The position numbers and the translations under genes were made by a program. This document shows, piece by piece, positions 31,363-41,544 of a DNA stretch of 64,000 nucleotides. How positions within the stretch are numbered: position 1 is the stretch's first letter; every line of letters starts with the position of its first letter. Under the pieces are notes generated by a model. It was given only the letters and a program-made list of their open reading frames with translations. It had not been told where the DNA came from and ran no database searches. The DNA comes from Candidatus Omnitrophota bacterium (lineage in GTDB: Bacteria > Omnitrophota > Gorgyraeia > JAHIPI01), in contig JADHVZ010000006.1 in assembly GCA_016783745.1 (NCBI GenBank), forward strand, positions 3,397-67,396, given 5' to 3'.

Positions 31363-31782
31363 CTATGTTTTAGTATCGTTGGCGCTTAAATAGCTTTGAA
31401 GGATCAACTGCGCGGCCATCTTGTCATCCACTTTCTTTCTCTTTTTTCTGCTTACATCCGCCTGTAGTAAGATACGGCTTGCCTCCATCGTCGTAAGCCT
31501 CTCATCCCAGAGTTTTATAGGTATATTGAGTTCGCCGTTTAAAAGCTCCACAAACTCATATGCCTCATCGGCCTTCTCCCCGGCTGTCCCGTCCATGTTT
31601 AGCGGAAGCCCGACTACCACCCTGGTGACGTTCATATTGCGTATGATCGCCTTCAAATGATCCAGATCTCCTGCCCGATCAGTTCTTGTAAGCACTTCAA
31701 GCGGTTGAGCCGTAATGCCAAGCGCGTCACTTATGGCAAGTCCTATTCTTTTTTTTCCGAGATCAAGAGCCAGTGTCCTCAT
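31363..31782 (-). CDS. ruvX: Pre-16S rRNA nuclease / resolvase-like RuvX (YqgF)
   Basis: LALDLGKKRIGLAISD, VVGLP, WDERLTT and D..AA.LILQSYL motifs. Confidence 0.94.
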   Translation of the reverse strand: MRTLALDLGKKRIGLAISDALGITAQPLEVLTRTDRAGDLDHLKAIIRNMNVTRVVVGLPLNMDGTAGEKADEAYEFVELLNGELNIPIKLWDERLTTMEASRILLQADVSRKKRKKVDDKMAAQLILQSYLSANDTKT

Positions 31783-32900
31783 AAAAACTTCTTAAGGGCC
31801 TTTTTATTTTTCATCTTCGCCACAAGTTTTCTGATATCTCCCGCCTTCTTTCTGTCGCAGACCAGAACCGCGTCATCAGTACATACTATTATCATATTCC
31901 CTACGCCCACGGTACCCACGATCCGGTCACTATCCGAGAAGATAATGCATTTCCTGGTATCGATACCCGCGTGAGAGCCAAAAACAGCGTTGCCGTTCTT
32001 ATCCTTTTTGGCCAGCAGGGAGATGCTGTCAAAAGAGCCCACATCGTTCCATCCTAAATTTAAGGGTATGACGCGTATATTCCCGCTCTTCTCCAGCACC
32101 GCATAATCCAGTGACGTACCCTTGATCTTACCGTACAATTTCCTTAATTCCTTGTCAAACTTTGTCTTCTTTTTTCTCGCGGGCAGCATTTGAAGACCTT
32201 CGTGTAATACAGGCATATATTTTTTAAAAGCTGTAAGCATTACCGATGCTTTGAATACGAATATACCGCTGTTCCAGAAATATTTTCCGCTCGATATCAG
32301 GCGGGCGGCTTTCGCGGGACCGGGCTTCTCCACAAATCTTACCACCTTGCGTGAAGAACCGAAGGCTTCTCCGAGCCTACGACTCGGAGAGCCGGAAGGA
32401 GTTCCGGAGGCCTTTCCGTCTACCCCTATATACCCATAAGCGCTTTCCGCGGAGCGCGGTTTTATGCCGAGCGTTATGATAGCTTCTGTTTTTACCGCTT
32501 CTCTCACCGCGCGGCTGATCACCTTATAAAACCCTCTGCCATCAACTATAAGATGGTCGCTTGGCATCACGACGAGAACAGCGTTTCTATTCTTTCTATA
32601 TGAAAGCAGGGCAGCAAGTCCCACAGCGGGCGCCGTATTCCTGCCGAAAGGTTCCTTGACAATAACGCTTTTTCCGACTCTTCCGAGCTGCTTTACCATA
32701 TTTCCGGCGCTTTCCTTATTCGCTATTATGAATATATTTCCGCCGGCTATCTTTGCGGCCCGGATAAATGTATTCTGGAAGAGGGTATTCCGGCCTTGAA
32801 GCTTCAGGTTCTGCTTCGGATAAGCCGCCCTGCTCTTTGGCCACAGCCGCTCACCCTTACCGCCGGCTAATATCGCTGCGTAAATATCTTTTTTATTCAT
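31779..32900 (-). CDS. manC: Mannose-1-phosphate guanylyltransferase with an in-frame palindromic insertion
   Basis: ILAGGKGERLWPKSR..YPKQ, EPFGRNTAPA, PSDH, FVEKP and WNSGIF motifs. Confidence 0.9.
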   Translation of the reverse strand: MNKKDIYAAILAGGKGERLWPKSRAAYPKQNLKLQGRNTLFQNTFIRAAKIAGGNIFIIANKESAGNMVKQLGRVGKSVIVKEPFGRNTAPAVGLAALLSYRKNRNAVLVVMPSDHLIVDGRGFYKVISRAVREAVKTEAIITLGIKPRSAESAYGYIGVDGKASGTPSGSPSRRLGEAFGSSRKVVRFVEKPGPAKAARLISSGKYFWNSGIFVFKASVMLTAFKKYMPVLHEGLQMLPARKKKTKFDKELRKLYGKIKGTSLDYAVLEKSGNIRVIPLNLGWNDVGSFDSISLLAKKDKNGNAVFGSHAGIDTRKCIIFSDSDRIVGTVGVGNMIIVCTDDAVLVCDRKKAGDIRKLVAKMKNKKALKKFL

Positions 32901-33693
32901 TATGTACAGCTTTTGCTATGCTTGAAGTAAATTTTCCGACTGCCTTATTAAGCGTACTCTTCCCCTCGTTCTCTCCTATCACTCTTATGAGCGCGCTGCC
33001 TATTATCACTCCATCGGCCACTCTTGAAATATCCCGCGCCTGCTTCTCATTGGAGACGCCAAAACCTACGCACACAGGCTTGTCTGTAAGGCGCTTGATC
33101 CTCTTAATATTCTTTGAGATATGCGATGGGAGCGCTGCCCTGGCGCCGGTAACGCCCGTAAGTGAGACATAGTATATGAAGCCTTTTGAATGCCTCGCTA
33201 TGATCTTCAGGCGGTCGTTCGTGCTTGTGGGTGAGGCAAGAAATATCAAATAAAGATCTTGGGCCCTGGCTGCCCCTTCAAGCTCGGCTGCCTCCTCAGC
33301 GGGAAGATCCGGGAAGATAGCGCCGTCAACGCCGCATTTCACCGCGTCACGGACAAATTTCTCAACGCCATAATGATAGACAGGGTTCAGATAACTCATA
33401 AGAATGATAGGGATCTGACTCTTTCCCCTGATCTTCTTGACACTCTTTAATATTTTATGCAATGTAGTTCCTGATTTAAGTGACCTTTCGGATGATCTCT
33501 GGATGGTAAGCCCGTCAGCCATCGGGTCGGAAAACGGTACTCCCAGCTCGACTATGTCCACTCCGGATCTTTCAAGCTCTAAAACTATTTTTTCGGTCGC
33601 GGCCATGGACGGATATCCCGCGGTTATATAGACGATGAATGCCTTGCGCTTATCCTTGCTCAGCTTATTGAATGTTTTTTTTATTCTATTCAT
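32893..33693 (-). CDS. trpA: Tryptophan synthase alpha chain
   Basis: ELGVPFSDPMADG, YYVSLTGVTG and VGFG motifs. Confidence 0.97.
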   Translation of the reverse strand: MNRIKKTFNKLSKDKRKAFIVYITAGYPSMAATEKIVLELERSGVDIVELGVPFSDPMADGLTIQRSSERSLKSGTTLHKILKSVKKIRGKSQIPIILMSYLNPVYHYGVEKFVRDAVKCGVDGAIFPDLPAEEAAELEGAARAQDLYLIFLASPTSTNDRLKIIARHSKGFIYYVSLTGVTGARAALPSHISKNIKRIKRLTDKPVCVGFGVSNEKQARDISRVADGVIIGSALIRVIGENEGKSTLNKAVGKFTSSIAKAVHNE

Positions 33694-33699
33694 TGGTTA

Positions 33700-33785
33700 C
33701 GGTTCTCGGTTTTCGGTTTTCGGTTCTCGGTTCTCGGTTGCAGGATTCTTCCCCCTACCCCCTACTACCTACCCCCTACTACCTA
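33700..33785 (+). repeat. Two heptamer arrays: (CGGTTYT)x6 and (CCCCCTA/CTACCTA)x5
   Basis: 33700-33741 and 33751-33785, separated by AGGATTCTT. Confidence 0.88.
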
Positions 33786-34958
33786 TTATAAGTACTCTTT
33801 AACTATATCTATATCCTTATCGCCGCGTCCTGAAAGACAGACGATTATGATATTCTTTTTACTCAGTTTGGGCGCAAGCTTTGAGGCCTGATATATCGCG
33901 TGCGCCGGTTCAAGGGCGGGGATGATACCTTCTATCTCAGAAAGCATCTTAAAACCTGCGAGCGCCTCCTTATCGTTGACCGCCACATACGAGGCTCGGC
34001 CGGATTTTTTATAAAAAGAGTGTTCGGGCCCTACTCCGGGATAATCCAATCCAGCGCTTATCGAATGAGTGAAGTTTATCTGGCCGTCACTATCCTGAAG
34101 AACATAACTTTTGCTGCCGTGAAGTATGCCTATACCCCCCTTGATCAGAGTCGCGGCGTGTTTTGACGATGAGATCCCGGCTCCTCCGGCTTCAACGCCG
34201 ACAAATCTGACCTTGTCCTTAAAGAACGGGTAAAACAGGCCCATGGAATTACTGCCTCCGCCCACGCAGGCGAGGAGATAATCCGGTAACCTTCCTTCCT
34301 CCTTAAGTATCTGCGCGCGCGCCTCTTTACCTATTACGGACTGAAAGTCCCTTACCATCTTGGGATACGGGTGCGGCCCTACCACCGATCCAAGAACATA
34401 GTGAGTTGTCCTTATATTAGTGACCCAGTCACGCAGGGTCTCGTTAATGGCGTCTTTTAAAGTCTTTGAACCGCTTGTCACGGGGATGACCTCCGTGCCC
34501 ATAAGGGCCATCCTGAAGACATTAAGCGCCTGCCGCTTCATATCCTCCTGGCCCATATAAACGTGGCATTCGCATCCGAATAGCGCGGCGGCTGTCGCAG
34601 TGGCCACTCCATGTTGGCCCGCTCCGGTCTCCGCGATAATTCGGTTCTTTTTCATGCGCTTAGCCAGAAGCAACTGGCCTATGGTATTGTTTATCTTATG
34701 CGCTCCTGTATGCAGCAAGTCTTCGCGCTTCAGATATATCCTGGCGCCCTTAAATTTTTTTGTCAGGTTGCGCGCAAAATATAAAGGTGTAGGCCTTCCC
34801 GCGTACTTTTTAAGATAGAAATCAAATTCTTTTTTAAATCCGGGGTTTTTCTTCGCCTTAAGATACTCACGCTCAAGTTCATCCAGAGCGGACATGAGAG
34901 TCTCAGGGACATATTTTCCGCCGAATCTTCCGAAGTATCCTCTTTTACCGGGTAACAT
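33786..34958 (-). CDS. trpB: Tryptophan synthase beta chain
   Basis: [29 protein letters not shown] and SGRGDKD motifs. Confidence 0.98.
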   Translation of the reverse strand: MLPGKRGYFGRFGGKYVPETLMSALDELEREYLKAKKNPGFKKEFDFYLKKYAGRPTPLYFARNLTKKFKGARIYLKREDLLHTGAHKINNTIGQLLLAKRMKKNRIIAETGAGQHGVATATAAALFGCECHVYMGQEDMKRQALNVFRMALMGTEVIPVTSGSKTLKDAINETLRDWVTNIRTTHYVLGSVVGPHPYPKMVRDFQSVIGKEARAQILKEEGRLPDYLLACVGGGSNSMGLFYPFFKDKVRFVGVEAGGAGISSSKHAATLIKGGIGILHGSKSYVLQDSDGQINFTHSISAGLDYPGVGPEHSFYKKSGRASYVAVNDKEALAGFKMLSEIEGIIPALEPAHAIYQASKLAPKLSKKNIIIVCLSGRGDKDIDIVKEYL

Positions 34959-34986
34959 TGTATTTTTCCTTGTTAGACAGCATCAT

Positions 34987-35055
34987 TAGGCCGTAGGTTT
35001 ATAGGTTATATAGAAACTCACTTAACCGTACACCGTAAACCGAAAACCGTACACC
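34987..35055 (+). repeat. Degenerate TAGG units followed by an (AAACCGT/ACACCGT) heptamer array
   Basis: TAGG at 34987, 34994 and 35002; taaccgt acaccgt aaaccga aaaccgt acacc at 35023-35055; inverted relative to the arrays at 33700-33785. Confidence 0.75.
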
Positions 35056-37442
35056 TAAATAATGACCAGGCTCTGCTTCTTCCCTGTTAATGGGAAAGAC
35101 AGCTTCAGTATACCGTCTTTGTGCTTAAAATTTATCTCGCTTCCGTCAAGTGAGACACTGTACGGCTTTCGTATTTCTATCAGTATCTCGCAATGACCGC
35201 CCGCGCTTCCGTGCAGGGCAAGCCTCAATTCTCTGTCCGTGCATGAAGCCTTAAGTATCTCAGCCGTGGAATACCTGATCTTCGCCCGCCTGGAAACAGG
35301 CACATTGAGCGGAAGAACATAAGAGCTCCTGTTGGGCATAAGAAGTTTATTTTCCTGCGGTATCGTGGCGGACTTATTTAGACCCGGGATCCGGAAGTTC
35401 AAAGTCACTTCATGCGGTTCGTCGTTGAAATTCGACACAAACAGGAATCCGTATTTTTTATTAGACCTCATCACAGCATGAACATCATTCACTGATGTCT
35501 TTATGCAACGCGGCAGATTAAGGATCTGCATAAAATGGTCTATCAATCCTATTTGATAATCGAGAGTATGCTTCACTGCGAACCCGAGCAAAAGCAATTT
35601 GCCTTTCTTTATCTTCTTAAGGATACCGCACGGTTTTCTGTCTCTGGTCCGCGCTACTACCCGTCTCTTTTTAGACTCAAATACCTTGATATCACCTTCT
35701 ATCAAATAATCTTTTCCGGTGACAAATACCAGATTATCATTTACCGTCTCGCCTATACTGACATCAAATTCTTTTAACAAAGACTCTTCTCTTAAGAGCC
35801 CCATATTTTTATTAGGCGCTGTGGGATTCATGATAAGCGTTCCGCCTCTTTTGACGTACTCGGCTAATTTGAGTTGTGTCGCCTGATCCATATAGTCCAT
35901 TGAAAAGACCCACATGGCGGGAATTTCCTGCAGATCCCTTATCTTCGCTCTTTCAATATCCACCAGATTATAATTATAACCATTGATCATCAGCAGCCTT
36001 GCTATTCCGTCAAAGAAGAAATTATCTCTCGCAAGAGCCATCTGGTCTATGACTGAACCTTTGAGATAACCGGTCTCATAATAAGGCGCATAGAGGCCCA
36101 TTGCAAAATCATAATTTTTCTTTGTATCCGCTATCTGACTTCCGAAGGTCTTCACGAGATCACCGACATCCTCCATAGGCTTGATCTTGGAGTTCTTTTT
36201 TCCCTTACTGTCTATGGGAGCCTGCCATTCATGGTAGGTTCCTCTAAAACCCAATCCCGGCGGATTCAGCCCCCCGCAGAACATATACGCGTTAAGGCCG
36301 TTCAGGCCGTGCCCGATTGAGTATCTCATAAGTAAATTGATATCATTAGGATATATTCTGGGCCGGTCATTCATGCCTCCTACCTGGGCCTCCAAACAGA
36401 CCCTGGGTGCGGTTTTATCGCCTATCATATTCAATCCCTCGGTCATGAGGATAGCGTCATGAAAATTTTCAAAGTTGAGATTTCTCATCTGATACGCGCC
36501 GCCAAAAATAATATGCGGCGTATATTTTATAAAATCCCTGTATTGAAGAACGGTCATCAGCCCCTGATTACCTCTGGCGCATATGTTATAGTCCCAGAAC
36601 ATCGGGATATTGGCTACGAAAGGAAGGTCGATTTTCGCGCCCTTCGCGCGCTTGGATAAAGAATTGTAGTAGCGGGCGTAAAAATCTCTATAGAAATGTA
36701 CCCAGTCCCAGCATCTTCTTACGCCTTCTTCATCCACGTCACCTTTCGGCTGCGGGATCTCCTTAAAGCTCGTATGATTCGTGTAATACCTGTCGTTAAG
36801 GGCGGATAGCTCACCGCCATAAAGCGCCTTCAGGTATTCTCCGTACATCTCGGTCGTAGCCTTATTATAATCCGCGTCACCCATGACCCAATTCATCATG
36901 CCGATCTCGTTATCCAGCTGCACCATTATCACCGGCCCGCCTTTTGTAAAAGAGTTCTTATGGATTATCGGCAGGATCTTCGAATACCACCCGGATACGC
37001 GCTCCTGAAAAACAGGATGCATATAAGAGACCATGGCCTCGTGCGGAACATTCGATCCTTTTCTGTTTTTCGCGCGCGCTTCCTGGTAATTTTCCAGAAA
37101 CCAGGGCGGGGTGCCTTCACCCTTTATCTCCGCGTTAGAAGTAGGGCCTATCCTGGCTATAAGATTAAAGCCGGCGTTTTTGACAAGCTTGATAAAATAT
37201 ATAAGATCCTTTTGAGGAGAAGTCTTACCGGTGAAATCAAACTGGCCTTCTTCATGCTCGTGCCAGGCCCACGGTATGTAAGTGCTTATAGTATTTAATC
37301 CCGTTTCCCTGGCCTTCCTCAGCCTATCCACCCATTTATCCTTCGGTATCCTGAAATAATGGATCTCGCCCGAATAGAGGAAAAAAGGCTCATTATTCAA
37401 CAGGATCTTACCGTCTTTCAATTCGATCTTATTCCTGCCCAT
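35055..37442 (-). CDS. GH35-family glycoside hydrolase (cytoplasmic, multidomain)
   Basis: SGEIHYFR, GLNTISTYIPWAWHE..EGQFDF, VQLDNE (acid/base) and LEAQ (probable nucleophile); no signal peptide. Confidence 0.85.
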   Translation of the reverse strand: MGRNKIELKDGKILLNNEPFFLYSGEIHYFRIPKDKWVDRLRKARETGLNTISTYIPWAWHEHEEGQFDFTGKTSPQKDLIYFIKLVKNAGFNLIARIGPTSNAEIKGEGTPPWFLENYQEARAKNRKGSNVPHEAMVSYMHPVFQERVSGWYSKILPIIHKNSFTKGGPVIMVQLDNEIGMMNWVMGDADYNKATTEMYGEYLKALYGGELSALNDRYYTNHTSFKEIPQPKGDVDEEGVRRCWDWVHFYRDFYARYYNSLSKRAKGAKIDLPFVANIPMFWDYNICARGNQGLMTVLQYRDFIKYTPHIIFGGAYQMRNLNFENFHDAILMTEGLNMIGDKTAPRVCLEAQVGGMNDRPRIYPNDINLLMRYSIGHGLNGLNAYMFCGGLNPPGLGFRGTYHEWQAPIDSKGKKNSKIKPMEDVGDLVKTFGSQIADTKKNYDFAMGLYAPYYETGYLKGSVIDQMALARDNFFFDGIARLLMINGYNYNLVDIERAKIRDLQEIPAMWVFSMDYMDQATQLKLAEYVKRGGTLIMNPTAPNKNMGLLREESLLKEFDVSIGETVNDNLVFVTGKDYLIEGDIKVFESKKRRVVARTRDRKPCGILKKIKKGKLLLLGFAVKHTLDYQIGLIDHFMQILNLPRCIKTSVNDVHAVMRSNKKYGFLFVSNFNDEPHEVTLNFRIPGLNKSATIPQENKLLMPNRSSYVLPLNVPVSRRAKIRYSTAEILKASCTDRELRLALHGSAGGHCEILIEIRKPYSVSLDGSEINFKHKDGILKLSFPLTGKKQSLVII

Positions 37443-37457
37443 CGACTTCTCCTATAT

Positions 37458-39248
37458 TTATTTACTTCTTACGAGTTCTATTCTGTCCACATAGATCTTT
37501 GATCTCTCTACCGGATATTTCGCGCGTATATCCAATGAGATCTCAATAACGCGGGAGAGCCCGAATATATTGTCTCCGTAAGTCACGCCGTCATACGGAT
37601 CCCTTTTGAAGTCTTTCCATAGATCAAAGGAATATTTGTTCCATCCGCTCTTATTAAGGAAGATAGGGGGTGAATTATAAATTTCCCCTTCCCTGTCTTT
37701 TATATTTAGATGCGCAACATTGCTCGCGTGGCCGCTGGATCCGTTTGAATATACCCATAGGTTAACGGCATCGTAAGTGCTCCAATCCTGAGGATACAAA
37801 AAAGGCCGCCTTATTGTGGCATTGGCTCTTTTTGCTTTTTCGTTCGGTGTAAACTCGATTCGCATAGAATGTGTACCGTCGACCGCCAGTTCATCCGTCC
37901 AGCCCAATGCTACCTCCGCCTTACTTAAATGCATGAGATCCTCCGGATATGCGGTTTTAAATTTTATATCCGTATATTCAAAGTCATCCACTACCGGCAC
38001 AAATTGGTAATCAGGATCATACTCCAGACTTTCGATCATCCTATTGGATTCATCCAGGTCTTTGAACGCCGAAAAAGGATTAAAGCTGCTCTTGGCGAAA
38101 AGATACCACGAAGTGCTGGAGATGCACAAGGGTTTATCCTGCATAAGCCAGCTGTCATATACAGGCGTCCCCTCATTGCTCGCATAAGGTAAACCTTTTG
38201 TGTGAGGAAAAGCCGGACTATCCGTAAGGCACCTGTCCAGTTCGTTTAAAAAATAGAGCCTTTCCTCTTCCCTGCCGGCCACTTCATATGCCAATACCAT
38301 GTGCGCCGTACCCTCAAACCAGACAGCGTCTTTGTCGGGAAAAGGCGAATTCTTATAGGAAGATCCGAAGTCGAATCCTTCAACCTTTACGTCTTTGACT
38401 TTATAGAGCTGTGAGTTAAGCCCCTTATCAATGGCAAAATCCAGACTAACAGCGTAATCCTTTCCCAGGCTTAATACCGCCCATGAGGACAAATCCGTGG
38501 CAAAATTAGGATTGCGCCTGCCAAGGAAAAATCTTTTCGCTTTATCATCCCAGGCATCATCATCCAGCCATTTCTTTACTTCTTTCGCGGCTCTTAAATA
38601 TTTTTCATCGCTTGTCAGGATGCCCAGATCTCTTAAGCCGGCATAACAGTCAAAATTATGCTCCGAAGATATCCAGACCATGGGATTACCGTTGCCGTAA
38701 TAACCTCCTATTATTCCTCCCTCTATAGACTGCAGGGAAATAAGCCAGTCCGCTATATCTTTCGCGAGCGGAAGGAATTCATCATCACCGGTTTCATGAT
38801 AATAATAGTTCGCCGCCATAAGAACCCAGGCACCCGGTCCGGCGGCCCGGGTCTCCGTCTCTTCTCCGTCTCGTTTATATACATCCGTAAAACCCCATAT
38901 ATCACCTTTTTCCTCAATGTGGGCCTTCCTTACATCATCAAAAAACTTGAGCAATAACCTGGCCCTGTCATAATCCCCTCTAAGCGTAAAAGCCATTGCT
39001 GCCAATGCCTCGTCATAAACAAAACAATCTTCTCCCTTTTCCATACTGGGCAGTAATCCGGTGCGGAAGAGGAGCCATTGCCTGTTAGTCCGCTGATTAG
39101 AAACCAGCCATTGATAAGCCTTATCCGCGTCTGACCACTCCTTATGGCCTCTTACAGCCAGGATATCCTGGATAGCGGGGGTCAAGGCTAAAGACCCGGC
39201 AAGGACGCAAATAATAATTAAGGAAATAATTAATATTTTTTTCATCAT
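37458..39248 (-). CDS. Secreted or anchored protein with an (alpha/alpha)6 glycosidase-like domain and a C-terminal CBM-like domain
   Basis: N-terminal hydrophobic signal; YDEALA, SSEHNFD and VWFEGT motifs; C-terminal VVDDFE...QDWSTYDAVNLWV...IYVDRIEL resembles CBM11-like beta-sandwiches. Fold is inferred. Confidence 0.6.
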   Translation of the reverse strand: MMKKILIISLIIICVLAGSLALTPAIQDILAVRGHKEWSDADKAYQWLVSNQRTNRQWLLFRTGLLPSMEKGEDCFVYDEALAAMAFTLRGDYDRARLLLKFFDDVRKAHIEEKGDIWGFTDVYKRDGEETETRAAGPGAWVLMAANYYYHETGDDEFLPLAKDIADWLISLQSIEGGIIGGYYGNGNPMVWISSEHNFDCYAGLRDLGILTSDEKYLRAAKEVKKWLDDDAWDDKAKRFFLGRRNPNFATDLSSWAVLSLGKDYAVSLDFAIDKGLNSQLYKVKDVKVEGFDFGSSYKNSPFPDKDAVWFEGTAHMVLAYEVAGREEERLYFLNELDRCLTDSPAFPHTKGLPYASNEGTPVYDSWLMQDKPLCISSTSWYLFAKSSFNPFSAFKDLDESNRMIESLEYDPDYQFVPVVDDFEYTDIKFKTAYPEDLMHLSKAEVALGWTDELAVDGTHSMRIEFTPNEKAKRANATIRRPFLYPQDWSTYDAVNLWVYSNGSSGHASNVAHLNIKDREGEIYNSPPIFLNKSGWNKYSFDLWKDFKRDPYDGVTYGDNIFGLSRVIEISLDIRAKYPVERSKIYVDRIELVRSK

Positions 39249-41536
39249 CTCAACAACTCTATGCTTGTCCTTGAATATTTTGCATAATCGGAATCCGGAT
39301 GATTGTCGATTATATGCTGGTACTCTCTTATGGCCTCTTCTTTTGCCCCAACAGAAGCCAGGGATGACGCAAGTTCAAAACGCGCCATAATTGAAAAATC
39401 GCTATCAGGATAAAGGGCGATCATTTCTTTTAAGAAAGAAATTGTCTTCTGAGCCCTTGCGCCCTGGCTGTATACAGTAAATATACTGAGGGTCTCCTTT
39501 ATAGCGCTTTGAGCCAGATCACTTTCCGAATAATTCACTATGAAATCGCGGAAGGCCTGAATGGCTTTGCTGTATGAACGCTTTTCTTTCAGCGCTACCC
39601 CTATCGCATATGCGGCATCATCCGCTAACTCACTATTAGGGAATTCGGCGATCAATCTTTGATACACATTGACAGCTTCATCATACACCTCATTCCTCTT
39701 ATAGGAACTGGCAAGTTCCATTATCGCAAATGACGCCTCTTCCTGAGAAAGATTCTGTATCACATTATTCATATAAATGTTATATAATATCTTTGCGCGC
39801 TCAACATCGCCGTTGCTAAGCGCCAGCTCCGCTTTTTCCGTAAGCAGCGCCTTTACCTTCCCGGCATCGGTGATCTGCCCTATATTAGCGGCATATTCGC
39901 GTAAAAGGCGCCTGGAAAGCCTGACCTCTCCCTCCTCCTGCAATAATTCCGAATAGGTAAGCAGCGGCATAGCATTGCCTGTCGATTTAGCGTGCGCCAT
40001 TATCTCTTTTTCAAGCCGCTCAAGAGCAACCGTCTCCTGCCCTACAAGAAGATCATTATATATCAACCATTCAAGATACAAGACCTTTAAATAATACTCC
40101 GCGCCTTCCGTTTTTTTCCGGGCGGTTTTCATATGACCCACCACTTTACTGAGGTGCCTCATCTTCTCCGCGTAATAAGTCTCCCACGATCCGATATGCG
40201 CCAGATGCTCTAATTTGCACCATCCCGCCAGCGCGGCGTAATAATGCAAGAGTCCGGAAAATTCTGAATCGGGATAAGAAGACATGTACTCCTCAAGATA
40301 AGAGGAAAGTTGATCGAATCCCCGCTTCTCCAGTAATCTACCGGCCAGATCTTCAAGCATATCCGGAACAGCGGGACTTGACGGAGTCAGATTTAACTGA
40401 TTCTCAAGCTTTTCGATATCACTGTCTACTATAATATCTTCCTTCCAGACTTTTCTCAATGCGCTTCTTTTAACCGCGTTATAGGTACCCCGGCAATATT
40501 CTGATATCGCGAGCAGAAAATTCCTGAATATAGTGTTTCTGAACATCTGCTTGGCCGCGTAATATCCGCCTTTCGGCTTCCTGTCCCCCTTTACCAAGCC
40601 CCAATGCTCTTCCACGTTATCATCCTGGTTGTTTATATCACCGGCTTTGGACCAGTCATCCGCCCACTGGAATAATATGGCGCCTAATATGTGCCTATTG
40701 ACCTTGGCTATCTGGTCGGATATCACATCTTCCTGCAATTTGGCGGTCCAGTAAGTGCTGTAACCCATTTCGGTTATAATGATGGGCTTTTTATACTTAC
40801 GCGAGATCTCTACAAGCTCATCCACTGTCTTCTTCGCCAGGTCAGGATCATACATACCGCTACGCCAGTCAGATACACCCAGGTAAACGTTGTACCCTAG
40901 AATATCCAGGAAATCCGCACCCAGTGTCTTTGCCTCTTCATCAACTATCAGGGTGGCTGCGGTGACAGGCCTTAGCGGATCCTGCTTCTTTACGGTCTCG
41001 TACAGTTCTTTAAGGAAACTATTTACAACATCCTTACCGTAGGCCTTGATGACATCCCCTTTTCCGGTACCGTATGTCCACGGCGCGTCATTCCATATGC
41101 TCCACGCATAAATGCACTCCCTGTTCTTATCCCTTCTTATGTTCCTTACAGCTTCTCTCTTCAGCGCCTGAAGCTGGTAAGGTGAAGTGAAGTCCGTCCA
41201 GTCTCCGGGAAATACTATTGTTTCAATGACCTTTATGCCATACTTATCGGCCAGGTCAAGGATGAATTCAGGGGGCATGCCGTACAGTCTTATCGTATTT
41301 ATTCCCGCCTCTTTGATGCGTTTAAAATCCTCTTCAAAGACCTCGCGCGGTATTTGAGAATAGTGCCGCACTTTCGGATACTGGGTGTCATATGTCACGC
41401 CTTTTATAGCATCAGGTTTTTTCGGCAGCAACACAAGAAAGATGAGTATCGCAAAAAAGAGCGCCAACAATCCCAGAACTAATCGCCTGGCAATCCGTAA
41501 CCGGCCGCCTTCTATCTTGTTTTTACTTTTTAACAT
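39245..41536 (-). CDS. Membrane-anchored clan GH-A TIM-barrel protein fused to TPR repeats
   Basis: TM helix; IKGVTY, DFKRIKEAGINTIRLY, WSIWND, ITEMGYST, FQWADDW.K and EEHWG; C-terminal FPNSELADDA, YPDSDF and HPDSDY TPR-like repeats. Confidence 0.75.
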   Translation of the reverse strand: MLKSKNKIEGGRLRIARRLVLGLLALFFAILIFLVLLPKKPDAIKGVTYDTQYPKVRHYSQIPREVFEEDFKRIKEAGINTIRLYGMPPEFILDLADKYGIKVIETIVFPGDWTDFTSPYQLQALKREAVRNIRRDKNRECIYAWSIWNDAPWTYGTGKGDVIKAYGKDVVNSFLKELYETVKKQDPLRPVTAATLIVDEEAKTLGADFLDILGYNVYLGVSDWRSGMYDPDLAKKTVDELVEISRKYKKPIIITEMGYSTYWTAKLQEDVISDQIAKVNRHILGAILFQWADDWSKAGDINNQDDNVEEHWGLVKGDRKPKGGYYAAKQMFRNTIFRNFLLAISEYCRGTYNAVKRSALRKVWKEDIIVDSDIEKLENQLNLTPSSPAVPDMLEDLAGRLLEKRGFDQLSSYLEEYMSSYPDSEFSGLLHYYAALAGWCKLEHLAHIGSWETYYAEKMRHLSKVVGHMKTARKKTEGAEYYLKVLYLEWLIYNDLLVGQETVALERLEKEIMAHAKSTGNAMPLLTYSELLQEEGEVRLSRRLLREYAANIGQITDAGKVKALLTEKAELALSNGDVERAKILYNIYMNNVIQNLSQEEASFAIMELASSYKRNEVYDEAVNVYQRLIAEFPNSELADDAAYAIGVALKEKRSYSKAIQAFRDFIVNYSESDLAQSAIKETLSIFTVYSQGARAQKTISFLKEMIALYPDSDFSIMARFELASSLASVGAKEEAIREYQHIIDNHPDSDYAKYSRTSIELLR

Positions 41537-41544
41537 TATATTTT

